From Phycisphaerales bacterium UBA2218 (GTDB lineage Bacteria > Planctomycetota > Phycisphaerae > Sedimentisphaerales > Anaerobacaceae), in assembly GCA_002327785.1 (NCBI GenBank), contig DCUI01000269.1:7095-71094 (forward strand): DNA of 64,000 nt, in the 5' to 3' direction. A model generated the notes under the pieces. It made no database searches and had not been told where the DNA came from. It worked only from the letters and a program-made list of their open reading frames with translations. A program made the translations under genes and the position numbers. Shown one piece after another: positions 1 to 9,633 of this stretch (within the stretch, counting starts at the first letter, position 1; each line of letters begins with the position of its first letter).

Positions 1-2578
1 GCCCTTCTCGAATCGGCACTCGTGGAAGTCCCCACCGTCGTGGGCTGGCTGCGTCCGACGATCCTCCTGCCGGCCAGCGCACTGACCGGTTTGAGCCTTG
101 ATCAACTGCGTGCGATTCTCGCCCACGAGTTGGCCCACGTCCGCCGGTATGACTACCTCGCGAACACGCTGCAAACCGTGATCGAGATCCTGGGCTTCTA
201 TCATCCGGCCGTCTGGTGGGTCTCGCGCCACATCCGCATCGAGCGGGAGAATTGCTGCGACGACCTGGCGGTGCGAATCTGTGACAACTCGCTTCAATAC
301 GCGCGGGCCCTGGCCTCAATGGAGGAGATCCGCCATAGCCGGACCGAGCTGGCCATGACCGCTTCCGGCGGCAGTCTGATGGCCCGCATCGCGCGCCTGC
401 TGGGCCGCCCGGCCGGCGACGACCGACGCTTCGCGTGGCTGCCCGGCCTGATCGCGTTGCTCCTGGTCATCGGCATCGTGATCCCTGCGGCGTTCGCGCT
501 GACCCACGCGGCTCCGCGCGGGCCCGAGTCCGCGGTTGATACGACCGCCACCTCGGTGGAGGAGATCCAGGATGTCGCTGACCCCAGAGAGGCCCCCCTT
601 GCTCACATCCAAGTCAGCTTCACCCTGGCGGAACTATACGCTGACGCAGTGCTCGATCCGCAGGTGGCCGAGGACGTGGCGGGCCTCCTGGTGCGGATCG
701 GAGCCAACGGTGGCAGCCGGCGCGACGGCGAATCCTTAGCCCCTCCGACTATCGAAGAGCTTCGGCGGCCATTGGCGGACGTGCTTTCCGCATTCACGCC
801 GGCGCCCGGCCGAGGGAAGGAATTTGTCAATCTGTTGAGCCACAAGAAGGATTGTGTGGCGCGTCTGTTATCCGCTCCCCGGGTGACAAGCCTGTCGGGC
901 GAGTCGTTCCAATTCACGATGGGCGACATCCCGGGCCCCGATAAGCCGCTGCCCCAGGACCCCGAGTTTGTCTTCGCGCGCTGCGCCATGACCGCCACGG
1001 AGGTCCCAGACCAGAACACCGTCCGGATGAATATCGACATGGTCCGGATGTACCCTGCCTACAAGCCCTCCGACCCGAATGGACAGACAGCGACGTGGGC
1101 GCTTGACACCACGGTTCTGGCCCCCAACAACCAGTGGATGACGATCACCGACAACCGCCTGAAGCGACTGGACAGAAGCGGAAGGGAATGCATTCAACTC
1201 CTGCTGGTCCTCGCGACTGTCGTTGGCGAGCCCGAAACGGAGACAGCCGGCAATGCGATGATGGGCGGCACGCACCCAACAACTTCGGTGGACCAGATCG
1301 TTCATCTGCCGCCAGGCATGGGCAGCATACACCCGACGACTCCTGCGGATGAGCCAAATCGCACGCAGGTGCTGATGGCGTTCACCATTATCGACGTCTT
1401 CGCCGATCGCGTGCTTGACGGGGACACAGCGGTCCGGGCCAGGGACTTCCTGACGCTCATTCGACCCGCCGACGCCAACGGGCCCGTCACGTCTGCCGAA
1501 CTGCCAACCCTTGAAGATCTCCAGGCGCCTCTGCGAGATGTCTTCGCCCGCTTCGAGCCGATCCACTTGAAGAGCAAAGATCTTACGGACCTGCTCACAT
1601 CACGCGGCTACGGACGGGTGATGAACAACCCCAGGATCCAGACACTCCCCGACGAGACTGTATCGGTCATGATCGGGCAAGAGGACGATCTCAATGCCCC
1701 CGGCTCTCGATCGACGGGCGAGTACATGAAAAAAACTGACGGCCACTCCTCATATGCTGGAGGATCTGAACGCCACCCGGCTGCAAATCCACTACGAGGA
1801 TCGGCGTGTGATTGGCGATCCGAACGATCCCAACAGATTGATTTCCGTCACATGTCTCACCTCGACGCTTGTCCCTCGCAACGACCAGCCTGTTGCGATC
1901 GTCGTCAAGGGCAGCCGCGTCCCGCGCTCGCCGCTGCGCTTGCTGCTAATCGGTCCGATAAGCGTCATCAAGCCTCGGCACGCTATGGGGCAGGCGCCCA
2001 GCGCAAGTGTGAGTACAATCATCGAGAGCCTGTCTCAGAACGACACGTGGTCGACGTCACGGCAGGCCGAAGCCCCGGGCTGGAGCGAAGCACTCAACGG
2101 GCTGCGCGTCCGACTCAATGCACCGCAGGGAGCCACGTATCGACAGAAGACCCTCCTGCCACTGACCGTAGAGGTTCAGAACAGCAGCGACAGACCCATC
2201 GCATACAACAAGCTTTGGCCCACTGTTCGCATCCTGGCCCATGACGGCAAGGGCAAATGGCTGGGGGTTCCCTCGATGGGTCCCGAAATGGGGGACTGGG
2301 TCCGCCATCGGGGCGACCTTGCCCCCGACGAGATCACCCGATTGAACGTGTACTTCCAGGCTCTGCGGTTTCTCAGGCCGCTGAAGGCGGGTGAGACGAT
2401 CCAGATCCAGGCAGGAGCGCCGACGGAACGGGCACGCTGTTGCAGAGCTATCAGAAGGAAGGCAAGCTCATCAATGGGCGGTGGTCCGTCGTCTTGCCGC
2501 CGGATCGCCTCAACGGGTTGGCGACGGCTTTGCGAAAGATGGAAGTGTGGAAACTGGGCCAAGTCAAATGGGAAATCC
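1..2578 (+). pseudogene. BlaR1/M56-family membrane metalloprotease-like sensor; 5-prime partial; disrupted by two frameshifts and then an IS insertion
   Basis: Frame 1 is open from base 1 and reads GWLRPTILLP...LAHELAHVRRYD, the HExxH motif of peptidase M56. Protein-like sequence moves to frame 2 after the A7 run at 1729-1735, while frame 1 becomes R/S/Q-rich nonsense and stops at 2244. It returns to frame 1 between 2395 and 2440. Reading is cut at 2578 by the IS. Two internal repeats end in secretin-like LSAPRVTSLSGESFQF / NNPRIQTLPDETVSV. Confidence 0.6.
2571..2578. repeat. Target-site duplication, left copy (GGAAATCC)
   Basis: Identical 8-mer directly abuts both IS ends (2571-2578 and 4146-4153). 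Confidence 0.85.
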
Positions 2579-4145
2579 GTAAGACTTTAGGGTTGTGCGG
2601 GAGTGAAGTCTTTGAGAGCGGGCAGCTTCCCTGTCGTGATGTATATTCGCAGGGCTTGTTCAACGGTCTTGATCGGATGGAGGCCGCGTTGTTTGAGCGT
2701 GGTGAACACGCTCTTGAGGATCGCCTGGGTTGACGCCCCTTTGTCGCTGCGGTTGTTGAAGCGGTTCTTTCGCATGATCACCGCCAGCCGGATGATCCGC
2801 TCGGCGAAATTGTTCTCGAAGGGCACTTGGGGGTCCAGCACAAAGGGGAACAGTTCCTGTTGATGGCGTCGCAGACGCTTGACCAAACGGCGGGCTTCGC
2901 GGTGGGTCCACTCCATCTCGATCATCACGTGCAGGCGTTGCGCAATCCGGTGATACCGCCGTTCATAGGTGGCCGGAGCCATCTCGTCCCGCCGTTTGCG
3001 TAGACGGATCGCGTCCCGAATCAGGCGGCGGAGTTTCTTGGCAAATCGGGCCCAGTCCCCGCTCGTGTCCTTGTACCGTTCGACCCGCTCCAAATCCCGC
3101 AGCAGATGGACCAGACACTTCTGCTTGGCGCAGACCAGAATGTTATAGGCCGCCCAGAAGTCACTGACCAGGACCCCGGCAAACTGCTCCGTGATGAACT
3201 TCAAGACCACCGGGCTGGCTCGAGAACGCTCGATGGCAAAGAGGGTCGCCGAGGGGGTGGTAAAACACCACAGCCAGCCGAGAAGGCCGTTGATCCGCCA
3301 GCCGGTCTCATCGGCGTACAGGACGCCGGAAAGGATAATCTCCTGGCCGATCTCCTCGTACCAGGACTGGAGGATCTCGGCCAGGCGGTGCCACATCTGC
3401 ACCAGGCCGCCCGGCGTGAGGATGAACTGAAGGTGAAAGTTGAAGACGGACAGGATCTGGGAGATCGTATTGCCCAGAGCATAGTGCAGCCAGGCGCTCA
3501 TCACCAACAGGCGGTTGCCGATCGTGGCGTTCGGCAGTGCCTGGGGCACCTTCGGCTCCACCATCTTGCGGCAACGCGGACACCAGTCCCGATGGATCGT
3601 GTGCTCAGTGACTTCGACGTGGACATCGTGCGGGATGTCTTCGATGTACCGTTTGCGGGAGACGTTGCACTTCGTGAGCTTGCCGCCGCAATCCGGGCAG
3701 TGGGATGCGCGGTGCTGTACCTCGCGGTCGATGTGATCCGGTTTCGCGCGACAGTGGCCTTCATGGCCCGGCCTGCAACCCGGCTTTTCCTTCCTGCCCT
3801 TTTTCTCCGGTTTCTTGTAGGGAGCTTTCTGGCCGGAAGGACAGGACGGGTCGTCCCGACGGCTCTGGGCAGATCGGTCGCCGTTGCGGTCGGCGAGGAT
3901 CTTGGCTTGCGCGAGCAAGGCAAAGACCACGGCTTGCTCGCCGAAGGCGAAAATGGCCTTGGCTTGTTCTTCGGTCAGTTCCGGCCCTAACCGGATTCCG
4001 TGAATCTCCAATGGTTCCGCGTTCTTGACTTTCATTACGCGGAACATACACGGCCCTAAAGCCGAGCGCAATGGCCCAGTTTACCATTTCAACATTTCTT
4101 GGCTTGCGCAAAGTCACAATCTGCCTCATGAGACTAAAATCTTAC
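2579..4145 (-). mobile_element. IS66-family insertion sequence, single-ORF type, 1567 bp
   Basis: Terminal inverted repeats are GTAAGACTTTAG (2579-2590) and the reverse complement of 4134-4145, GTAAGATTTTAG (11/12 match; the GTAAG start is typical of IS66). The element is flanked by an 8-bp direct repeat and carries one IS66-type transposase ORF. Confidence 0.85.
2587..4071 (-). CDS. IS66-family transposase
   Basis: Zinc-finger-like CPDCGG...CPRCRK, then LYADETGW, WLWCF, and CLVHLLRDL/FENNFAER in the C-terminal part, as in IS66 TnpC-type transposases. The real start may be the Met at 4047 or 4035. Confidence 0.85.
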   Translation of the reverse strand: MRSALGPCMFRVMKVKNAEPLEIHGIRLGPELTEEQAKAIFAFGEQAVVFALLAQAKILADRNGDRSAQSRRDDPSCPSGQKAPYKKPEKKGRKEKPGCRPGHEGHCRAKPDHIDREVQHRASHCPDCGGKLTKCNVSRKRYIEDIPHDVHVEVTEHTIHRDWCPRCRKMVEPKVPQALPNATIGNRLLVMSAWLHYALGNTISQILSVFNFHLQFILTPGGLVQMWHRLAEILQSWYEEIGQEIILSGVLYADETGWRINGLLGWLWCFTTPSATLFAIERSRASPVVLKFITEQFAGVLVSDFWAAYNILVCAKQKCLVHLLRDLERVERYKDTSGDWARFAKKLRRLIRDAIRLRKRRDEMAPATYERRYHRIAQRLHVMIEMEWTHREARRLVKRLRRHQQELFPFVLDPQVPFENNFAERIIRLAVIMRKNRFNNRSDKGASTQAILKSVFTTLKQRGLHPIKTVEQALRIYITTGKLPALKDFTPAQP

Positions 4146-4153
4146 GGAAATCC
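4146..4153. repeat. Target-site duplication, right copy (GGAAATCC)
   Basis: See the left copy. Confidence 0.85.
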
Positions 4154-4422
4154 CATATCCGGACGAGGGGTCGATCCGACTGGCCCTGGTCAGCCGGTCG
4201 GGAGGATCATTGGTCGGGGAGTTTGCCCACCACGTGGAACGCCAACAGCCGATTGTGCAAGAGCTGCGGCGGCTGCTCGAAGACGTGATGGCCGAGGTCG
4301 AAGGACGCGCCGCCGCACAGCAGAAGAACGCCGGGAGAGCCGCCGATGGGCCCACGACACAGACGGTGGCAGGAACCGGGGCAGGCGATGGTGTGGAGGA
4401 GCAGGACAGAGCCGGGATCTGA
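4154..4422 (+). pseudogene. 3-prime remnant of the IS-interrupted M56-like gene
   Basis: Deleting 2579-4153 (1575 nt, a multiple of 3) joins ...KMEVWKLGQVKWEI to PYPDEGSIRLALVSRSGGSLVGEFAHHVERQQPIVQELRRLLEDVMAEVEG... in the same frame. Stop TGA at 4420-4422. Confidence 0.55.
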
Positions 4423-4567
4423 GAACGTGTATGAAAAGTGGCACGGGCATCCTGCCCGTGGGGTCTGGTGGCATCGGCGTCCCTCGATCGGGTCGGGGGC
4501 AGGCTCTCCCGATGATTCATGGGCTGGAAGCCCATGCCACGTTGAGCCGGGTTTTCATACACGTTCT
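4422..4567. repeat. REP-like palindromic element, copy 1 (expanded form)
   Basis: A perfect 16-bp inverted repeat, AGAACGTGTATGAAAA (4422-4437) and TTTTCATACACGTTCT (4552-4567), encloses hairpin CACGGGCA-TCC-TGCCCGTG (4442-4460) and hairpin CATGGGC-TGGAA-GCCCATG (4518-4536). Confidence 0.7.
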
Positions 4568-4722
4568 GATGGACTTCTTTGTCTTCCCCAAGGTTTCGCC
4601 CGATACCGTGGTGGATCGTGAGACGAGACTCCTGCTGGGCGGGATCCTCGCGGAGGAATACCCGCGGGCTCTGCGTCAGATTATCCATGCAGATCGCATC
4701 GACGGTCAGCGGGCCATGCACT

Positions 4723-7700
4723 TTACGGCCGGCCTGGTGAGGGCGAGGCCCCTTGCCAATTGGCGGGGTCGTTGCCACTGTGGGCGGTGTCCAGATTGAT
4801 CCGGTGGAGGGTCTGGCCTCGACCGTCGGGGCCGGCAGGCCACGGAGCCACGTCACTGTAGATCACCTCATCCACGATGGCCCAACCCGCGGTGTCCGTC
4901 ACATCGTCGCCGGGTTGCGTTTTCTCCAGGCCCAGCCTCTCGCCATGGTTCGACAGGTTGCCCTGCCAAGGCCCGAGAATCTGAAAGCCCGGGGCCAACG
5001 CGGAGTTGCCGTAGGCCGCTGTGAAGACAGCCAGCCTGGTAGTCTCCACAAGTGGGTCGAAACCAACGATCACCAGCCGCCCGCCGGCGAGGATCGAAGC
5101 CCCTGCAGAAAAGTCGTAGCTCACTGCGCCGTCCAGCCGCCAGACGATGTCGTCGCCGGCCAGGGTGACCGGCTGGCTCGTCGGATTGTACAACTCGACG
5201 TATTCGTCGTTCGGGTCGATGGGATGATACATGATCTCCGAGATCATCACGTCGAGGATCGGGGCAGAGTTCGCCAAGCCCTTGGATGGCGTCATCCGCT
5301 GCCAGTACGGCCCGCCGTCCGGATAGCGCCCGCGGGTCACGTCCGGCTCCTGGGCCTTGAATCGGATCGCGTCCACGATCCGGTCCTGAGCCGTGCCCGG
5401 CAGGTACGACAGCACGATCTCGTCCCCGTTCCAACCCAGGCCGAACTCATGGATGCCGTCGAAGCTTCTATAGCCCTTCGCCGCAATGGTGCCGGCCGAA
5501 ATGCCGAGCTTCTTTGGCTCGGCCACGTCGTCGCTGAGATACCAGCCGGCGAGGCTCACGGCGGAGGCCGTCGGATTGTACAGCTCGATCCAGTCGCCGC
5601 CGCTCGTCGCGTTGGCCATGAACTCGTTGATCACGAGCGTCTGCGCGGCAACAGGATCGTCCTGGCCCGGCGAGCCGTCCCGGTATGCAGAAGCACGCCA
5701 GTTGCCCGGATAGTTCAGAGAACCCTGCGGCTCGTTGGGCACCGCCGAATCCAGAGGGACGAGCGAGTGGCCGCCGCCGTCGGCCGCGACGGGCCAACCG
5801 GAATCGTCGCCGTACTCGAATTCCGCGATCGTGCCGTTCCAGTAGTCCACGAGCGAGACCTGCTCGCCCGCGTTCGCCAGTTTGCCCTCATATTGGCCGG
5901 CGATCCGGCTCGAAAGGGTCTGGCCGTAACGGGATTCGTATGCGGCCTTATTCTTGACGACGAGCACGAACTGCCCTGGACCGAGTGTCGTGACGTCACT
6001 GCCGGCGAAGTGGAACGCAATGCCACTGGTGAATGAAACGCCGTATAGATCGAGCGCCTCGTCGCCGGTATTCTTGAGCTCGATGAACTCGAACTCATCG
6101 CCGTCCATCGCGTCGTTCGGCGAAGGATTGTACATCAGCTCGGTGATTCGCAGGTCCGCCAGGACACCTGCCGCGACGGGCTCACCCGCCACGAACTGGA
6201 CCGGAGCGGACCAGTGGCTCCATCGGCCGCTGGTGTCTCTCATCTTACAGCGGACGCGATAGGTCCGGCCTGCGCGAACCACGGAGGCCGGGATCGTCAC
6301 ATCGCGATTGAACACGGTCAGATCATCGCTCTCCCAGGCCGCCTCGATTTCATATTTGCCCGGGGTCTTCTTGTAGACCGCTGTGACGGCGGCCGGCGTA
6401 TCCTCGGTCTGGGATTTCTCCGCGGTCAGTCGAACGTCGATGAAGCAGTCCGAGCTGCCGCTGATTGAGGAGTTGAGCACCTGGACGGCGATCACGTTCT
6501 TGCCCTGGACCAGGCGGGTGCGCGGATCACCGAGGTCAAACTGGCGGAAGGTCGAATCCTCAATGGCGGATATTGCAGCGGCATTGTAGGGCAACTCTGC
6601 CGAGGGAACGTTGTCCTGATAGATGAGATTGCCGTTGATCCAGATGTTGACCCCATCGTCATATTTGACGTCCAGGATCAACGTGTCGAAGCTGCTGAGG
6701 TTGGTCACGTTGAACGTGTTTCGCAGGTACACCGTGGTGTAGGCGCCTTGCATGTCGCTGAGGTTGGTCACGATGAAGGTTTCACCGAAGCCGATTGCCG
6801 TGCGTCCTTGGAGCCATTGGGAATCGTCGAAATCCAGGAGCCGCCAGGCTCCAGCCGTCGCCGAGGGTTCTGCAATGCCCTTGAAGTAGCGCCACGAGGC
6901 GCCTTCCGGCAGCAGGACCGTGCCGGCGCCGCCGCCGGTGGTCGTGGCCGTCTGGGGTCTGGAGCCGGCCGATACCTCGGCGATCCGCCACTTCATCGCC
7001 GCAAACGTCTGGGCGCCCTGCGGGTCGCTGTAGTCATTCGTGCGGAACGTCAGGGCGTTGACGGGGAACTCGGCCGGCCCCGTGGCAGCGACGACCGGCG
7101 TCGAAGGGGCCAGCGGGTCCTCCCGGTAGGTGTTGAACGCCCGATTGTTGGACACCACGTAGTCCTTCATGATCTGCACCATGCCCCTGAAGTCCTTCGT
7201 GGCGGCCACCTGGTAAAACCGACCCTGCCCCGCCTTGCGCGAATCCACGTAGCCCGAGGTCATGATCGGGTTGTAGTCCCACATGGCGCGGTCGGCGCCG
7301 ACGAAGGTCGGCCCGCCGGTCGGCGGATCGATGATGTTCGCCAGGTCATCGAGCATCTGGTATGCCTGGTCGTTGTTGTAGAGCAGGTCCATGAACTCGC
7401 GTTGACGGTTCTGGTATTCGACCTGGAGGTTGGGATTGGAGAAGATCCCGTTCCTCGTGAAATCATCCGCGCCGCCGCCGTACATGTTGTTGGCCCACGT
7501 CAGGTCCAGGTCCCACGGCAGAATAGCCCACTGGCTGGTCTCGGGATCATGGTAGAAGAACCAGTTCTTGCCGCCTTCCATGTCGCCATGGTGGATGCCT
7601 TCGACCGTGCAGCGGAAGCCGTAGTAGGGATCCAGATTGACGTTCTGTCGCCACCATGCCTCCTGCGGTCGAGCACGGTACCCGTTCACAAACGCAACCA

Positions 7701-9459
7701 GGTCGGAATGGTTGCTGGGCTGGGTCGGCCCCTGGTTATTGAGGGCGCCGCCGCCCGGGCCGGCATCCTCGGCCCACTGATCCATCTTGAAAAGGTTCCC
7801 GTCCGGCAGGCCGTGCTCGTCGAGGAACCGGCCGTCCATCTGCTCGATGGTCATGTAGAGGCCCCAGAAGTCCCCGTCGTACTGGGTGGCCCCGACCTCG
7901 GCGGCCTCGTCGATCACGCGAAAGTGCACCCAGTTCGTTTTCGACGCCGGACAACCCATCAGGTCGAAAAGCTTGAAGCCCGCGGCCTCGAACATGCCCT
8001 GCTCACCCCGATGCTGGTAGTCGCCCTGCTGAATACAGGCGGAGAAGTTGATCTTGGCCCACTTCGTGCCGTACGCCCGCCCGTAGTCGTCACGGGCCTG
8101 GAAATAATGTCCCCTATTCAGATCGAATTTTGGCATATTCTTGCCCATAGCGTACCGCCAGACCCCGCCGCGGGCGCGGAAGTGAATGTGGTCATAGACC
8201 TCACCGTCGTAAACAAGCGTTCCCGCCCAAGGGTAGTCGCTGCCCTGGTACTGGCCCTTCTGGGCGCCGGGCATATAGAAGGCGTCGAGCATGTCCTGCT
8301 TCTTGGCGATCAGGTGATAGACGGGCAGGCTCCGCATCACTTCCCGGCTGTACTCCACGACGGTCTGGCCCGACCGGACCGCACCCTTCCAGCCGGGAAC
8401 TCCATCATAGACGAAGTACGCGAAGTTCGGCTGGGGGTCGTCCGCATAGGGCACGGTCACCATACTCCCGAGGTTGTCCTCCGCGATGATCTGATAGCGG
8501 ACCAGCCAACGATGCACCTGTACCGAGGCCGGAATCTCAACGGTGAACACACCATCCTCCGCCACGGCATCCCCATCGAGGCCGTCATCGTGCATCGGCA
8601 CCGTCATCCACGTCATCGCGTACTGCGCATCCTGGCGGGCCACGTACTTGCCCGGCGTAACCACCTGGTACGCCAGCGTCACGGTCGCAACGCCGTCGGG
8701 ATCGGTGGCTTTTGCCGTGATTGTCACGACCTTGCCGGAGGCCGGCTGCTTCGGCGAATGTGCCACCTGCCGAACCTGAGGCGGCACGCCGGCGGACATC
8801 ACCGCACTGTTCGCGGCCATAGGCGTGGGCCGTGCAGACCGCCAACTGCCTCCCAGATCGTTGTCCGCTGCCGGATTGATGAGCTGCATGGAGCCGCCCG
8901 TTCCAGCGGTGCTGCCGGACATCGGATCGCCAACCGTCGGCCAGGGAAAGCCGAGCTGGTAGCTGACCTCATCGACAATCTTGCCGGCGGCATCGCACAG
9001 GACCACGCGATCGCCCTCGTTGTCCAGCTTACCGCCGAACGGCCCGAGCACACGAGACGAATACGTCGCCTGCTTGAGCGTGGTCCATTTGGCCTTGGCG
9101 TCGTCCGGGTCCTGGGTCACGATCAGATACCCTCCCGCAGGCAGGCTCGTCCCGGCCGGGAAGGTATAGAAAACGCCCCCGTCGAGCCGCCAGCCGGCCA
9201 GACTCACCGCCTCCGTCCCGGCGTTGTAGAGCTCGACGAACTCGACGTGTTCTGTCTTCACGTCGGGGTCCACATGCAATTCGTTGATAACCACCTCGGG
9301 ACCGGCCTGGAGCAGAATGCCCACAGAACCGCCGGAATCCGCCGCGTACGCGGCGCCCTCTCCCCCCGGACCACCGAAAAGGCAATCCACACAGACGCCC
9401 AAAAACCAGAGAACCATTGCCGAGACAATAACAGATGCGAGCCTTCTTGATATGACCAC
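4723..9459 (-). CDS. Secreted multidomain protein: four lamin-tail domains plus a CotH kinase-like domain
   Basis: N-terminal signal peptide. LTD signatures: INELHVDP..FVELYN, ITELMYNP..FIELKN, INEFMAN..WIELYNP, ISEIMYHP..YVELYNP. CotH-like core: FRARGGVWRYAMGKNMPKFDL...GDFWGLYMTIEQMDGRFLDEHGLPDGNLFK. Confidence 0.8.
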   Translation of the reverse strand: MVISRRLASVIVSAMVLWFLGVCVDCLFGGPGGEGAAYAADSGGSVGILLQAGPEVVINELHVDPDVKTEHVEFVELYNAGTEAVSLAGWRLDGGVFYTFPAGTSLPAGGYLIVTQDPDDAKAKWTTLKQATYSSRVLGPFGGKLDNEGDRVVLCDAAGKIVDEVSYQLGFPWPTVGDPMSGSTAGTGGSMQLINPAADNDLGGSWRSARPTPMAANSAVMSAGVPPQVRQVAHSPKQPASGKVVTITAKATDPDGVATVTLAYQVVTPGKYVARQDAQYAMTWMTVPMHDDGLDGDAVAEDGVFTVEIPASVQVHRWLVRYQIIAEDNLGSMVTVPYADDPQPNFAYFVYDGVPGWKGAVRSGQTVVEYSREVMRSLPVYHLIAKKQDMLDAFYMPGAQKGQYQGSDYPWAGTLVYDGEVYDHIHFRARGGVWRYAMGKNMPKFDLNRGHYFQARDDYGRAYGTKWAKINFSACIQQGDYQHRGEQGMFEAAGFKLFDLMGCPASKTNWVHFRVIDEAAEVGATQYDGDFWGLYMTIEQMDGRFLDEHGLPDGNLFKMDQWAEDAGPGGGALNNQGPTQPSNHSDLVAFVNGYRARPQEAWWRQNVNLDPYYGFRCTVEGIHHGDMEGGKNWFFYHDPETSQWAILPWDLDLTWANNMYGGGADDFTRNGIFSNPNLQVEYQNRQREFMDLLYNNDQAYQMLDDLANIIDPPTGGPTFVGADRAMWDYNPIMTSGYVDSRKAGQGRFYQVAATKDFRGMVQIMKDYVVSNNRAFNTYREDPLAPSTPVVAATGPAEFPVNALTFRTNDYSDPQGAQTFAAMKWRIAEVSAGSRPQTATTTGGGAGTVLLPEGASWRYFKGIAEPSATAGAWRLLDFDDSQWLQGRTAIGFGETFIVTNLSDMQGAYTTVYLRNTFNVTNLSSFDTLILDVKYDDGVNIWINGNLIYQDNVPSAELPYNAAAISAIEDSTFRQFDLGDPRTRLVQGKNVIAVQVLNSSISGSSDCFIDVRLTAEKSQTEDTPAAVTAVYKKTPGKYEIEAAWESDDLTVFNRDVTIPASVVRAGRTYRVRCKMRDTSGRWSHWSAPVQFVAGEPVAAGVLADLRITELMYNPSPNDAMDGDEFEFIELKNTGDEALDLYGVSFTSGIAFHFAGSDVTTLGPGQFVLVVKNKAAYESRYGQTLSSRIAGQYEGKLANAGEQVSLVDYWNGTIAEFEYGDDSGWPVAADGGGHSLVPLDSAVPNEPQGSLNYPGNWRASAYRDGSPGQDDPVAAQTLVINEFMANATSGGDWIELYNPTASAVSLAGWYLSDDVAEPKKLGISAGTIAAKGYRSFDGIHEFGLGWNGDEIVLSYLPGTAQDRIVDAIRFKAQEPDVTRGRYPDGGPYWQRMTPSKGLANSAPILDVMISEIMYHPIDPNDEYVELYNPTSQPVTLAGDDIVWRLDGAVSYDFSAGASILAGGRLVIVGFDPLVETTRLAVFTAAYGNSALAPGFQILGPWQGNLSNHGERLGLEKTQPGDDVTDTAGWAIVDEVIYSDVAPWPAGPDGRGQTLHRINLDTAHSGNDPANWQGASPSPGRP

Positions 9460-9558
9460 GTTTCATCCTCTTTTTTACTGCCTTGTGCGCCGGGCTATCG
9501 AGCGGACGCCGCAGCCAGGGGGACTCACGAACCGCACCCGCTCTCGTGATTCCCTATC

Positions 9559-9588
9559 ATTTTACCCAACTTGACACAGTCAGGTCAA
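9559..9588 (-). promoter_or_regulatory. Candidate sigma70-type promoter for the LTD-CotH gene
   Basis: The minus strand reads TTGACC-N18-TAAAAT about 100 nt upstream of the start at 9459. It overlaps a 7-bp inverted repeat, ACTTGAC-N8-GTCAAGT. Confidence 0.3.
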
Positions 9589-9633
9589 GTAAGAACGCCA
9601 CCGGATCCATTCTCGGACGCGAATGGATGCCAA

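Noticed and set aside
4438-4457. TGGCAC within the REP lead-in (AAGTGGCACGGGCATCCTGC, also at 47523) as a possible sigma54 -24/-12 promoter.
   Set aside because: The GC of the would-be -12 element is 3 nt too far from the GG of TGGCAC, and there is no TTGC. The motif is better explained as part of the hairpin repeat.
4569-4799. 77-codon plus-strand ORF (MDFFVFPKVSPDTVVDRETRLLLGGILAEEYPRALRQIIHADRID...) between REP copy 1 and the 3-prime end of the CotH gene.
   Set aside because: It overlaps the convergent CotH gene by 77 nt, starts just after the right arm of the flanking inverted repeat, and has no recognisable motif. It is possibly a gene fragment but not supportable.
6748-9450. 900-aa plus-strand ORF antisense to the LTD-CotH gene. 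Similar long mirror ORFs occur at 18900..20816, 22326..23522, 24166..25437, 25532..27577, 39166..40941, 47569..49062, 53545..55050 and 57734..59008.
   Set aside because: Each lies exactly opposite a gene with clear family motifs. Their translations are R/G/H/D/V/P-rich and low in complexity, with no recognisable motifs. This is the usual stop-codon-poor antisense frame of high-GC coding DNA.
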